DNA of 64,000 nucleotides from a virus. A model generated the notes under the pieces. That model did no database searches and was not told the origin of the DNA. It saw nothing but the letters and a program-made list of their open reading frames with translations. The position numbers were made by a program, and so were the translations under genes. The stretch lies in IMG/VR virus record IMGVR_UViG_3300024999_000062. One strand, written 5' to 3'. Of the stretch, positions 32,545 through 42,725 are shown piece by piece (within the stretch, counting starts at the first letter, position 1; each line of letters starts with the position of its first letter).

Positions 32545-33279
32545 ATGAGTCAGATTAGTCGAATTTATATTGGCCAAAGCGTTGATATTCACTTTCGATG
32601 GAGGGACTATAAGAATTTAGACTGTAAAGAGCAGCGTAAGTTATATTACTCTTTTAAGAAACATGGTTTAGAAAGCCATATTTTCGAAATTATTCATCAA
32701 TGTGAACGAAGTGAACTGAACAGATGGGAGAAACATTATGTAGATCTTTTCCAAACTTTCAATACAGAACATGGGATGAATCTAAGGGATGGTGGAGGTA
32801 GTCATGGGAAGTTGTCTGAAGAACATAAAGAGAAGTTAAGAAAGTTTAATTTAGGCAAAAAACTTTCTGAAGAAACTAGGCAGAGAATTTCAGAGTCTAC
32901 TAAAGGGAGAGAGTTTTCAGAAGAGACTAGAAAAAGAATTTCAGAGTCTAAGATGGGGCATCCCATGTCTCCAGAGACTTTAAGAAAGATGTCAGAAGCT
33001 CTTTCTGGAAGAAAACGGTTTGAAGAAACTAAAAAGAAGATCTCAGAAAATGGCAAAGGGAAACATTTTCATGTCTGTTCTAAAGAAACTAAACAAAAGC
33101 TTTCAGAAGCTAATAAAGGAAGAAGACTTTCTGAAGAACACAAGAAGAAGATCGGACTGACCAGTAAAGGTAGAGTTGTATCTGAAGCAACCAGAAAGAA
33201 ACTTTCTGACGGAATGAAAGCTGTTTATCAAGAAAGAAGATTAAAAGAAAATTTATTAAAACAAATTGAAAATGCTTAA
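32545..33279 (+). CDS. GIY-YIG-family homing endonuclease-like protein, N-terminally short, about 8 NUMOD3 repeats
   Basis: RIYIGQSVDIHFRWRDY aligns to the YIG...R block of I-TevI-like enzymes, but the first GIY strand is missing. A stop codon lies immediately upstream in frame. It carries long LSEE.K.K[IL]S repeats. Confidence 0.65.
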   Translation: MSQISRIYIGQSVDIHFRWRDYKNLDCKEQRKLYYSFKKHGLESHIFEIIHQCERSELNRWEKHYVDLFQTFNTEHGMNLRDGGGSHGKLSEEHKEKLRKFNLGKKLSEETRQRISESTKGREFSEETRKRISESKMGHPMSPETLRKMSEALSGRKRFEETKKKISENGKGKHFHVCSKETKQKLSEANKGRRLSEEHKKKIGLTSKGRVVSEATRKKLSDGMKAVYQERRLKENLLKQIENA

Positions 33280-33919
33280 AAAGTACATATATATAATAAT
33301 AGGTGTAGTAGTGATTTTTTTGTGGGGGCTATCTTTATATTTCATTTCTAGCCATTACAGAACCACTATTGATAATCAGGAGGTTGCAATCGACTTTTAT
33401 CAAGAAGGTGTAACTCAAATACTTACAAAGATTAATGATAGTACAAAGGTTTGGGTAGCTAAGACTCATGTAATGAAAATGGAGAGAGATGATCTGATAC
33501 ATACCAGAGACTCTATCACAAAAGCTAACTTAGCCCTATTAAAAGCTATTGGAGTTAAGGAGAATAAGATTCAGAGTTTGTCATCTTTTAATGCTGTACT
33601 TGACAGACAGTATCTACTGAAACTCGATTCAGCTTTAAAGGATAGTGTAGAAATATTAAGAGGTGTGTATGAAGATATCTATAATTCTCTTGTCATAGAC
33701 TTTAACCCAATAGATTCATCTCTTCAAGTTACTTTTCATTCAGAAATCCCAATAGTACAGTCAGTAGTGAAGATAAAGTACAGGTATCTTGAAAAGAAGT
33801 TCTTTATCTCTCGTTGGTGGTCAAGATTGTGGGAGAAGCCATCATTGGAACAAATCCTCACTTCTCCAGTGGAGAATATAAAGTTTCTCTATCCTCAGTA
33901 TATTCAGATTAATGAATAA
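33266..33919 (+). CDS. N-terminally membrane-anchored protein
   Basis: A TM segment (YIYIIIGVVVIFLWGLSLYFI) is followed by a soluble domain. Confidence 0.55.
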   Translation: MKMLKKYIYIIIGVVVIFLWGLSLYFISSHYRTTIDNQEVAIDFYQEGVTQILTKINDSTKVWVAKTHVMKMERDDLIHTRDSITKANLALLKAIGVKENKIQSLSSFNAVLDRQYLLKLDSALKDSVEILRGVYEDIYNSLVIDFNPIDSSLQVTFHSEIPIVQSVVKIKYRYLEKKFFISRWWSRLWEKPSLEQILTSPVENIKFLYPQYIQINE

Positions 33920-34011
33920 TCTTTAGTAATATTTTTTTTGTAGAAAAATAAATTTTAAATTTATTCCATCAGTAGACAAGAATTGAAATAAATAAACAAA
34001 TTATAATTTTT

Positions 34012-34740
34012 ATGGCCAGAGAAGAATTGCAAATCACCCAGTCAGAAATCGAAGAAGCTTATAAAGTTCTTGGAATTTCTAAAGCTAAGGAAGAACCTGA
34101 AAATAAGGAAGAACCTGATGAAGATGAAGAAAAAGAGGGTGGTTCTGAAGAAGTGAAAGCTGAGAAGAGAGCTAAACGTGAGAAGAAGGAAAAGAAAGAG
34201 AAAATTGAAAAAGCTCTTGCTGATAATCAAACAGCAAGTGATCTTTTGAAGAAAGAACTCGACATTCTTGAAAATAAAGGTGACCAGGTTCAGCCTACAG
34301 AAGGTCTGGGAGTTTTATTAAAAGCTCAGTCTGAAGAAATTTCTTCTCTTCGTAAAGTGAACACTGAACTTCGTTCTGAACTTGGTGGAGTGAATACGAA
34401 ACTTGAAACTATTACCAAATCTCTAACTGATGTTACAGCATTGGTTGAAAAAATTGGTGACCAGCCACAAGGTCGTAGATCAATTCAGCCAGGGTCTTTT
34501 CTAGAAAAAGCTTTTCAGGAAGAAGAAGGCGAAGCTGGTAAAACTGGTAAAAAAATGCTTTCTTTATCGGGTCATAAAAAGGAGATCAGAAACTTCTTGA
34601 TGGAAGAGTCAGGAATTCAAAAAGGCAAAAAGGATGGTTTTTATTCTGATGGTCTTGAATTCTTTGAAGCCACAGGCAAGTTAACAGAGAAAGTGATTGT
34701 AGCTTTATTTAAAGATAAGAACATTAAAATTGTCCCTTAG
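34012..34740 (+). CDS. scaffolding protein (putative)
   Basis: 242 aa, highly charged and helical (EEPENKEEPDEDEEKEG, KREKKEKKEKIEK). It sits directly upstream of the major capsid gene. Confidence 0.6.
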   Translation: MAREELQITQSEIEEAYKVLGISKAKEEPENKEEPDEDEEKEGGSEEVKAEKRAKREKKEKKEKIEKALADNQTASDLLKKELDILENKGDQVQPTEGLGVLLKAQSEEISSLRKVNTELRSELGGVNTKLETITKSLTDVTALVEKIGDQPQGRRSIQPGSFLEKAFQEEEGEAGKTGKKMLSLSGHKKEIRNFLMEESGIQKGKKDGFYSDGLEFFEATGKLTEKVIVALFKDKNIKIVP

Positions 34741-34809
34741 TCTTTAATAGTAAGACTGTATCTTAAGATTGTGAAGTTGATTGGTAGTTGTTTTTAAAAA
34801 ATTGAAAAA

Positions 34810-36291
34810 ATGAATCACTTAGGGATACGTCTTGAAGATTATGAATCAATCGGTAACGGTTTTGGTGTTACCAACCAGAAAGATGTCGATCAGCTGTTAA
34901 AAGCTCTCGAGTCTGGTCAGACAACTGGTCGTGAGACGACCAATTCGTTAACTGCCTCTGGTGCCCCTTTAAAAGTGGAAGACCTTGAAGGTACTCTCCA
35001 CTCTGTAACTTTTGATGAACAGGACATTAAGTTCTGGAAACGGGTTACAAAAATGCCTGCATATAATACTGTTGTTGAGTATTTGAGACTTGTCAGTCCA
35101 GGTGCTGAACGTGGTGGTTTCGTAACTGAAACTGAATTACCAGAAGAAGAAGATTCAGTATACCAACGTGCTGCTGAGTTAGTTAAATTTACTGCTGTAA
35201 CAAAGAGTGTATCTTTAGCAATGGAGATGGTAAACACTTTCGAAGGAGTAGGTAAGATTATCCAACGTTCAGTACGTGAAGGCACACTTTGGATTCTCAG
35301 AAAAAATGATCGTGCTCTTGCCTTCGGTAATGCCAATGTTATTCCACAAGAATACAATGGTCTCTATCGTCAGCACATTAATGGTTTCACAACTCTTAAT
35401 GATTGGCATAATTCTGATAACGTTGTTGACATGAGAGATCATCGTCTGTCAGAAACCGGTATTGAAGATGCTGCTCTTGGGATCAGAAAGAATTACGGGT
35501 TTGGTAACTTACTGATGACATCTCCAGTAGTTGTATCAGATTTTGTTAAAAACTTCCATGAGTCTAAACTTATCCAACCTAATACAGTCCAGGTATCTGC
35601 TGGTGAAATGGGTCAGAAAGTTACGACTTTCAATTCCCAGTTTGGGAGAATTGAATTGGATGATGATATCTTTTTAGCAGAGAACCCTCCACGTAGAACT
35701 GGAGATGTTGCCACTTTTTCTAAAGCTCCTGCAAATATTGTCCCAGTTGCTGTAGCAGCTGTAGCAGACGTTGCTGGTAGCAGATTTGGTGCTGCTTTTG
35801 ATGGTGATTACTTTGTTGGAGTAGCTGCTATTAATCGTTATGGTGAATCTCAAGTTACAGCTTTGCAAGCTGGTTTATTAACTGTAGCTGCTACAGAATC
35901 TATTGCTTGTCAGTTTACTGCTGGTGGTGGAGCTTATGCTCCTACAGGTTATGTAATCTATCGTAGTAAGTTAAACCCTACTACTACTCTTGCTAATACC
36001 GACTTATATCCAGTGTTCATGGTTTCAACAGCTGAATTGGCTGCTGGTTATGATGGTGGTGGTGCCGGTATTGTTTGGGATCGTAATAGGTTCATTCCTG
36101 GTACTGAAAAAGCCATCCTGATTCAGAATGATTCTCAGGTTTATAGCTTTAAACAGCTTGCACCTTTGATGAAACTTGATCTTGCCTTACTTGCCCAGGC
36201 TCGTAGATTCGTAGTTATGCTGTATGGGACACCAGTTCTTTACACTCCAAAGAAAATGACTGTTGTCATTAATATTGGGAAACAAGTTTAA
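34810..36291 (+). CDS. major capsid protein
   Basis: 493 aa, following the protease and scaffold. Codon choice is distinctly biased (GGT/GCT/CGT/ACT), consistent with high expression. A strong terminator follows. Confidence 0.7.
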   Translation: MNHLGIRLEDYESIGNGFGVTNQKDVDQLLKALESGQTTGRETTNSLTASGAPLKVEDLEGTLHSVTFDEQDIKFWKRVTKMPAYNTVVEYLRLVSPGAERGGFVTETELPEEEDSVYQRAAELVKFTAVTKSVSLAMEMVNTFEGVGKIIQRSVREGTLWILRKNDRALAFGNANVIPQEYNGLYRQHINGFTTLNDWHNSDNVVDMRDHRLSETGIEDAALGIRKNYGFGNLLMTSPVVVSDFVKNFHESKLIQPNTVQVSAGEMGQKVTTFNSQFGRIELDDDIFLAENPPRRTGDVATFSKAPANIVPVAVAAVADVAGSRFGAAFDGDYFVGVAAINRYGESQVTALQAGLLTVAATESIACQFTAGGGAYAPTGYVIYRSKLNPTTTLANTDLYPVFMVSTAELAAGYDGGGAGIVWDRNRFIPGTEKAILIQNDSQVYSFKQLAPLMKLDLALLAQARRFVVMLYGTPVLYTPKKMTVVINIGKQV

Positions 36292-36317
36292 TCAACCATC
36301 TCCCTTATATTTTAAGA

Positions 36318-36342
36318 GCAGACCTTATGGTCTGTTTTTTTT
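36318..36342 (+). terminator. Rho-independent terminator after the capsid gene
   Basis: GCAGACC-TTAT-GGTCTGT stem-loop followed by a T8 run. Confidence 0.75.
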
Positions 36343-36395
36343 GTTTAGAGAAATTTTATATATTTATTGTCTAGTATTAACTAAAAAGCAATTAT

Positions 36396-37100
36396 ATGAA
36401 TGTAACTTTAAAGACTGATTTACCACATCGATTTGGTAAGACTGTAAAGACTTCAGTATGTGATCTTACCTATGACTCAAAAGGTGAAGTTTCTGTGTCC
36501 CTGGTTCAGGCTGCCAAGATTCTTCAGCTCGGATTAGGGCTAGTGGCTGTAGACCCAAAAGACTATGAACAGAAAGTCAGAGAGTTTGAAAAAACAGCTG
36601 GAAGACCTATTGAAAAGGTTCTTGACCAGATAGAAGAAACTAGATCGTCTATAAGTCTGGATGCTCTCCAGGAATTGTTAATAAAAGAAAGAGAAGATAA
36701 AGTCTCTCTTCTTAGCAGGATACAAGATCTTGAAGCACAAATTGCTGAAAGTGGAGACGGAGCTTCTGATGTTGCCATTAAAGGCTTGAAGAAGCAGGTG
36801 TCTGAACTTCAAGAAGAGAACAAAGCCCTTGTTAAAGCTAACAAGCTTCTTACAGAAGAGAATGTTGTACTGAATCAAAAAGCCCCTGCTACTGATGAAA
36901 AAGAAGAGGCAAATGAAAACAAAGAAGAAGATGAAACTAAGAAAGCTGAAGAAAGAGCTGAACTGGTTACTAAATTGACTTCTTATAATATGGCTGCTTT
37001 ACAGAAGTTAGCCACTGAATCTCAACTACCAAAAGAGCAATGGGAGAATTTAAAGAAAAAGAAAGACTTGGTTGAATACTTAGCTGACAATATTGAATAA
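36396..37100 (+). CDS. acidic coiled-coil protein (virion module, function unassigned)
   Basis: 234 aa with a long helical acidic region. Confidence 0.55.
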   Translation: MNVTLKTDLPHRFGKTVKTSVCDLTYDSKGEVSVSLVQAAKILQLGLGLVAVDPKDYEQKVREFEKTAGRPIEKVLDQIEETRSSISLDALQELLIKEREDKVSLLSRIQDLEAQIAESGDGASDVAIKGLKKQVSELQEENKALVKANKLLTEENVVLNQKAPATDEKEEANENKEEDETKKAEERAELVTKLTSYNMAALQKLATESQLPKEQWENLKKKKDLVEYLADNIE

Positions 37101-37103
37101 AGA

Positions 37104-37874
37104 ATGAATCTTTCGTTTAACTTCTCTTATGGTATAAATGATGGGCTGGTACTTTCTCCAGACAATCTAAAGAAGCTGTATTTTTATGGTGTCCCATTAG
37201 TGGAGAGAAATGGGACAGAGATGTCTGACTCTACTATTTCATCATTTATTCAATCTGCTCAAGATCAGATAGAAAGTCTTTTGTCTATTAAAGTTTGGAA
37301 GCAGTTACTAGAAGAGAAGTTAAATTTTACTCGTTCAGATTTTGACCAATTTGGTTATGTTAAGACTTCTTATCCAGTTGCATCACCATATTCAATGGAG
37401 GGATGGATTGGAATAACCCAACAAATTATCTTTCCAGAGCCTTGGTTATCAAGTAGAACAACTTCAGATGGTCAAACTTATCATAGAAATATTTGGATAG
37501 TGCCTTCTGGAGCCGAAGCATCTCCACAACCTATTATCTTTGGTACAACCCATCCTTATCTTGGTTACTATGGATTGAAACATATTCCAAATTACTGGAA
37601 GGTAAAGTATGTTACTGGGTTTGACAAGTTCCCAATGGATATTGTAACATTAATTGGGAAGCTGGCAGCTATTTTTGTTTTCCAGCAACTTGGAGATATT
37701 ATTCTTGGACCTGGTTTGTCTTCTACTAATCTTAGTATTGATGGTCTCTCTCAATCTGTTCAAACTATTCAGGGTGGTTATAAGAATAGAATAGAGAGTT
37801 ATTTGAAAGATCTTGAACGTGAAGGACCAATGTTAATTGGTAAGTATAAAGGAATGAGATTAACTGTGCTTTAA
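37104..37874 (+). CDS. virion-module protein (head-tail connector candidate by position)
   Basis: A 256-aa ORF between the capsid and sheath genes. Confidence 0.45.
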   Translation: MNLSFNFSYGINDGLVLSPDNLKKLYFYGVPLVERNGTEMSDSTISSFIQSAQDQIESLLSIKVWKQLLEEKLNFTRSDFDQFGYVKTSYPVASPYSMEGWIGITQQIIFPEPWLSSRTTSDGQTYHRNIWIVPSGAEASPQPIIFGTTHPYLGYYGLKHIPNYWKVKYVTGFDKFPMDIVTLIGKLAAIFVFQQLGDIILGPGLSSTNLSIDGLSQSVQTIQGGYKNRIESYLKDLEREGPMLIGKYKGMRLTVL

Positions 37875-37876
37875 GA

Positions 37877-38659
37877 ATGTCAAAGAATAAGAGCATATTA
37901 ACAGAGACAGGTCCATCTAGGTTGTCCCAACCTGACATCAAGTTTAGACCTGATGATTTTGATTTTGCAGTCTTTGACAAGGGACTGGAAGTAGTTTGGG
38001 AAAAGGCTGTACCATGTCCTTGTAAAACAAAAGGTACACAAGCAGCTCTAAGTGCATGTAAGAATTGTGGAGGTATTGGGTGGGTGTTTATCAATCCAAT
38101 TTCTACAAGAATGATGGTGCAAGCTTTAGGTATTAAGGCTCAGTTTAAGATTTGGGGAGAAGAAAGTCCTGGTACAGTTGCAATAACAACTAGAAATGAT
38201 GTGAAGTTGAGTTACATGGATAGACTGATTGTAACAGATTCAGAAACCTTATTTAAACAAGTTCTCTACCCAGTTAAGAACCCTTCTGGTAATTATATTG
38301 GGATTACAGTATATCCATTGATTTCAATTGAGAGCCTGTTCTTATTTCAGTTTTCTAATCAGAAGTTAAAGAGATTGGTTGAAGATACGGATTATACTTT
38401 TGATTATAATGTTATTACGTTAAGTAGTGCTTATAGTTCACTTGGTTCAGTTAATCTGTCTGTAAACTACACTCACAATATTCAATATCATGTGATTGAG
38501 AATATGAAAGATGTTCGTAATTCATATGTATTTGACCCTACTGGAAAAGATTTGTTAGCCAAACTCCCAATTCACGCATTAGGCAGAAGAGCCCACAATG
38601 TATTGGATGTGGAGAACATCCAGGGAGATCGACTTTTTGATAATTCTTTTACCATATGA
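37877..38659 (+). CDS. virion-module protein with CPC...CxxCGGxG zinc-ribbon-like motif
   Basis: CPCKTKGTQAALSACKNCGGIGW at 38015-38080. Confidence 0.5.
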   Translation: MSKNKSILTETGPSRLSQPDIKFRPDDFDFAVFDKGLEVVWEKAVPCPCKTKGTQAALSACKNCGGIGWVFINPISTRMMVQALGIKAQFKIWGEESPGTVAITTRNDVKLSYMDRLIVTDSETLFKQVLYPVKNPSGNYIGITVYPLISIESLFLFQFSNQKLKRLVEDTDYTFDYNVITLSSAYSSLGSVNLSVNYTHNIQYHVIENMKDVRNSYVFDPTGKDLLAKLPIHALGRRAHNVLDVENIQGDRLFDNSFTI

Positions 38660-39429
38660 TTATTCCTATAAATATATACTCTCAAGATCTTATCAGTCAG
38701 TTCACCCTTTCACAGAGAGATATCGATGATCTTATAGCTGGTGTCATAGGTAGTTTGTCCAAGAGACTTTATGTGGAGTGGGAAAATGAAGCAAGGCAGA
38801 GACTGAAAGGCACAAGAAATGAATATATTCGTTCTTTGAAGTATTTCACAGAAGGTCCATTAAAGGGAGGTGTAATGTTGGTGGGTGTGCTCCCAAACAT
38901 GATAGAGTCTGGAGCCGAGCTTTTTGATGAAAAACCTGGATTTTTAGCCTCTTCCAAAGTCAAGATGAGCAAGGGTGGAGGAGTATACTTGACTATACCC
39001 TTTAGATATGCTTCATCTCCAGCCTTAGGAGAATCTTCAGCATTTTCTGGTGTTTTACCAGCAGCAGTGGAGAAAGCTATTAAGTCTGTAGAAGGTCAAA
39101 GAAAGAAGATTCTCTTACCCAGTCCTTATGATGTGAAAAAGACCAGAACAAGAATTGAAACTCCCAAAGGACGGGTATTTGAGGCTTATACTCATAAACA
39201 TAGTATTTATGAAGGTGTAACAAGAGAGAAGAAGTCATATGCTCAAGCTACTCAGTCACAGTACATGGTGTTTAGAAGAGTATCAAGTAAGACAGATTCA
39301 AATGCCTTTATCCATCCAGGTTTTATAGCCTATAATCTTGCGGAAGTGGCTGTAGGTAAAATAAATATTCCCGAAGAGATTGGCTATGCAATTGATCAAA
39401 TGTTATTAAAAATGAATTTATCAGATTAG
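38656..39429 (+). CDS. virion-module protein (neck candidate by position)
   Basis: A 257-aa ORF with an ATGA overlap to the upstream gene. Confidence 0.45.
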   Translation: MIIPINIYSQDLISQFTLSQRDIDDLIAGVIGSLSKRLYVEWENEARQRLKGTRNEYIRSLKYFTEGPLKGGVMLVGVLPNMIESGAELFDEKPGFLASSKVKMSKGGGVYLTIPFRYASSPALGESSAFSGVLPAAVEKAIKSVEGQRKKILLPSPYDVKKTRTRIETPKGRVFEAYTHKHSIYEGVTREKKSYAQATQSQYMVFRRVSSKTDSNAFIHPGFIAYNLAEVAVGKINIPEEIGYAIDQMLLKMNLSD

Positions 39430-39430
39430 T

Positions 39431-40111
39431 ATGATAGTTATTCCAGAAGTGATCATAAAGAGAATGTTGGATTCAGGTATTCTGTTCTTCAAGAATGACT
39501 GGGTGGATGCTATAGATAAGTCAAAGAGTTACCTCTTTATGCTTTTTAGTACGCTTTCATTAGGTGATTTTAATTTTTATGATCAATTAGTTGATCTTTT
39601 GACCAGAGATGAAACTGACCCAAGACATTTAGAAGTGAATTATTTCTATAATAGTGAGAGGCAACAATTCCCTACCATACACATAACCTTGCCCAATGAA
39701 AACCCTAGTGCTGATAATGGCTTAGGCCAGGACGAAGGTTACAGAAGTCCTATTATTGCTAGTCTTGACTATGATGAAATCCCTGTTTATAACAGGTCTT
39801 TTGCCTCCACCTATAACATTGTTATTACTAGTGAAAACTCATTAGAAGTGGTGGGTCTATATCACTTAGTTAGATCACTTTTGGTGAGTATGTTTATCGA
39901 CATGGAAAACCAATACCTTTCCAACCCAAAGATTTCTGGTGGTGATTTAACTGCAATGTCACACCTTATTCCAGAGAACATATTTGTTAGAAATATAGCT
40001 CTCTCATTTAATTATAGTGTACCAGCCTTGAAGCTGTCAACAATACAATCATTTAGAGATGTTGTTTTTCATGGTGTAATTGATGGTGAAGATGAATCAA
40101 GTAGTAGTTAA
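39431..40111 (+). CDS. virion-module protein with acidic Ser-run C-terminus (GEDESSSS)
   Basis: A 226-aa ORF upstream of the sheath gene. Confidence 0.45.
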   Translation: MIVIPEVIIKRMLDSGILFFKNDWVDAIDKSKSYLFMLFSTLSLGDFNFYDQLVDLLTRDETDPRHLEVNYFYNSERQQFPTIHITLPNENPSADNGLGQDEGYRSPIIASLDYDEIPVYNRSFASTYNIVITSENSLEVVGLYHLVRSLLVSMFIDMENQYLSNPKISGGDLTAMSHLIPENIFVRNIALSFNYSVPALKLSTIQSFRDVVFHGVIDGEDESSSS

Positions 40112-40130
40112 TTAAATAAATATATAGATT

Positions 40131-40502
40131 ATGGAAAAGATCGTGTATTCTCAAGAATCAGTAAAAAAAGTTCTCATAGAAGAATGTAAAGACAAAGTTT
40201 TTCTTACAGGAGGAGAAACTCGTAAAGAAATTATTGTACTTATCGAGGATTATAATTCCAAGATTGAGTCTTTAGAAAAAGAAGTTGAATCTTATGTCCC
40301 GAAGTCTGGTGATGGGATAATACTATCATCTCCAATTATTAAAGAGAAGACTATTTTTTCCGAAGCAGAAATGACAGCTCAACAGTATCTTAATTCTAAG
40401 AGTGCTTCAAGCAGAACAAAATTTTTCATTTCAAAGAAGTACGGATTAGGTTCACGTCCAAAGGACGAATGGGAGAATATTTTTAGAGAAGAGAAGTTAT
40501 AA
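40131..40502 (+). CDS. hypothetical protein
   Basis: A 123-aa ORF. Confidence 0.5.
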   Translation: MEKIVYSQESVKKVLIEECKDKVFLTGGETRKEIIVLIEDYNSKIESLEKEVESYVPKSGDGIILSSPIIKEKTIFSEAEMTAQQYLNSKSASSRTKFFISKKYGLGSRPKDEWENIFREEKL

Positions 40503-40519
40503 TTTTTTTTCTTTAGAAC

Positions 40520-40536
40520 TTTTTAATATCTTTATA
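40520..40536 (+). promoter_or_regulatory. Class-II promoter-like element upstream of tail genes
   Basis: TTTTTAATATCTTTATA, with TATCTTTA at 40527-40534, 16 nt upstream of the ATG at 40551. Confidence 0.35.
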
Positions 40537-40550
40537 AAAAATAAGAATAT

Positions 40551-42212
40551 ATGGCAACTTCAGTTATGTTCAATGGGAAGATTGAATCCTTACCTGGATC
40601 TTATGGAGAAATTAAGTCAGGTGTACAGAATCAGTCACCCCCAACTTCATATGGTCGTCTATTGATTATAGATACTGGTCTCGGAGCTGGATTTGGTGGA
40701 GGTTCTGGTGTTGCTGGTACTTTGAAAGAAAAGAAAGATTCTATTTATTCTTTTGACAATATTATTGATTTTCAGAATTTTGTTAAGGGAAGTAAGTGGT
40801 GGCATTTAGCTGAACCATTGTTTAGACCTAATGGGTTTAATGGAGTTGGTGTAAGTCAAATTGACATTATTCGGGCTTGTGCAACAGTTCCAGCTGAAGT
40901 TGTCTTGACTTTTGGTCCTGATTCAAGTTCAGTGTCTGGTGGTATTCCAGCAGACGGAGGGACAATGACTATTCAGTGTGCTGATGAAGGGGTGATTGGG
41001 AATGGTTTGTTAACTGGATTAGTTTTGTATAAGGGATTTGCAGTGAAGATGGTTCGTGGAGAAGCAGATAATACTAAGTATGCTCTTGAATTCTGGGTTG
41101 GCTCCTGGAAAGGCTTACATTCTGATGGTTATGCTTATGACTTTATTGAACAGGCAGACTCAGAAGTCAAATTATATATAACTTCTGATGAGTTTGATAA
41201 TTTTGATGATCTAGTTGCCTGGATGAAAAGGGATGTTACTTTTGGTGCCAAATTTAAATTGAAGAGTTATACAAAGAATGGTACTGGTGGGATTGATGAC
41301 TCAGACTTGAATACTTATTCAGACTATACATTGTTTACTGGAGGTGCTGAAACTTATAATACTACTCATCTAGAATCGGTTCTAGATGCCATTCTTGAGT
41401 TACCATATAATGCAACTCTTTGCAATGACTTTGGTCTGAATGCTATGAGTGCCAATAATGGTAAGATTCTCTCACACATTTTAACCGAAGCTAAGTACAG
41501 AAAGTATATGTATGTTGGAGGTGGGAAAGATCGTAATGAATTCAATACTCCAACAGGCTCAGTAGGCATAGCAGAATACTATAATACAGGGAGATGTATT
41601 GTTGTTCATGGTGCATCAAAGAAAACTTCAGTAAACTTAGCTACTGGTTTCAGAGAAGAGACAGATTCTCAGTATCAAGCAGCAGCTGCTGTTGGTCGTA
41701 TTCTTGGCTTCTCTCCTCAAATTCCAGCAACATTCAAGCCGATTGCTGTTGATGGTGAAGTTCATGACTTAACTGAAAAAGAAAAGAAGTTAGCTTTAAA
41801 GAAAGGAATTCTTGTAGTTACTCTTGATGATGATGGTCAGTATTGTATACTTCAAGATGTTAATACCCTCCAAAAAAATTCAAACTTTATTAATGAAGAT
41901 GGACAATCTCACTCAATTCAAGTTGAAAGAATTTCATCTATTGTTGATACAACCTTGATTGTTAATTCTAAGAAAGATCTTTTGAAGAGAGATGATGGAG
42001 TTAATAGGTTTACACTCTCTGACAAACTACTTCGTGACTGGACTATTAACCAGTTAAAGGCAATGTCTATTACAGAGACGGAAGATAATTATCTGTTATC
42101 TTTTCAGAATGTAACTGTAGTTACAGTTTCAGATACTAAGAGAGTTAATTATGGTTTTACTCCAAATTCAGAGATCACCAAGTTGTTTTTTACAGGCACA
42201 ATTTTAAGTTAA
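40551..42212 (+). CDS. tail sheath protein
   Basis: 553 aa, followed by a tube-sized gene, two chaperone-sized genes and the tape measure. The C-terminal block AAAAVGRILGF...LALKKGILVVTLDDDGQYCILQDVNTLQ looks sheath-like. Confidence 0.75.
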   Translation: MATSVMFNGKIESLPGSYGEIKSGVQNQSPPTSYGRLLIIDTGLGAGFGGGSGVAGTLKEKKDSIYSFDNIIDFQNFVKGSKWWHLAEPLFRPNGFNGVGVSQIDIIRACATVPAEVVLTFGPDSSSVSGGIPADGGTMTIQCADEGVIGNGLLTGLVLYKGFAVKMVRGEADNTKYALEFWVGSWKGLHSDGYAYDFIEQADSEVKLYITSDEFDNFDDLVAWMKRDVTFGAKFKLKSYTKNGTGGIDDSDLNTYSDYTLFTGGAETYNTTHLESVLDAILELPYNATLCNDFGLNAMSANNGKILSHILTEAKYRKYMYVGGGKDRNEFNTPTGSVGIAEYYNTGRCIVVHGASKKTSVNLATGFREETDSQYQAAAAVGRILGFSPQIPATFKPIAVDGEVHDLTEKEKKLALKKGILVVTLDDDGQYCILQDVNTLQKNSNFINEDGQSHSIQVERISSIVDTTLIVNSKKDLLKRDDGVNRFTLSDKLLRDWTINQLKAMSITETEDNYLLSFQNVTVVTVSDTKRVNYGFTPNSEITKLFFTGTILS

Positions 42213-42233
42213 ACTTTTAATAAGTAAGATTAT

Positions 42234-42725
42234 ATGGTAGCTCAACAGAGAACAATGACATCACCTCTTGCCATCGTAAAGATGGGTAACAAGATCATAG
42301 GCAAGATGAAGAACATTCGTGTTACTGAAACATTTCGTAGAGGAGATGTTAGAGGTCTTGGCAACTTGATTTCTACTGAGAAGCCTCTTCTTGGTATTGA
42401 TTGTACTCTTTCTTGTTCTTATGTCTTAATTGACTTAAAACAAGCTGGTATTAAAGATGCTGTAAAGAGAGATGTTGGAACTGTCCAGAAGTTTGTCAAT
42501 ACTGTTCTCTTAAATGAACAAGGTGTTGATATTTATATCTATAAAAAAGAAGCTACTTTGATTGACCAGACAACGGGAATTGTTCTTGATACAGGAGAGG
42601 GTGACTTTGCTGTAATTCGTCAAGCATTTGTAGAATCTCAAGGTTTTGATATCTCAGAAGGTGCAATCGCTGGTAGTGATTGTTCGTTCTCTTACTTAGA
42701 ACCGATTCTCTATCCAGGACAATAA
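42234..42725 (+). CDS. tail tube protein
   Basis: 163 aa, immediately after the sheath gene. Confidence 0.6.
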   Translation: MVAQQRTMTSPLAIVKMGNKIIGKMKNIRVTETFRRGDVRGLGNLISTEKPLLGIDCTLSCSYVLIDLKQAGIKDAVKRDVGTVQKFVNTVLLNEQGVDIYIYKKEATLIDQTTGIVLDTGEGDFAVIRQAFVESQGFDISEGAIAGSDCSFSYLEPILYPGQ

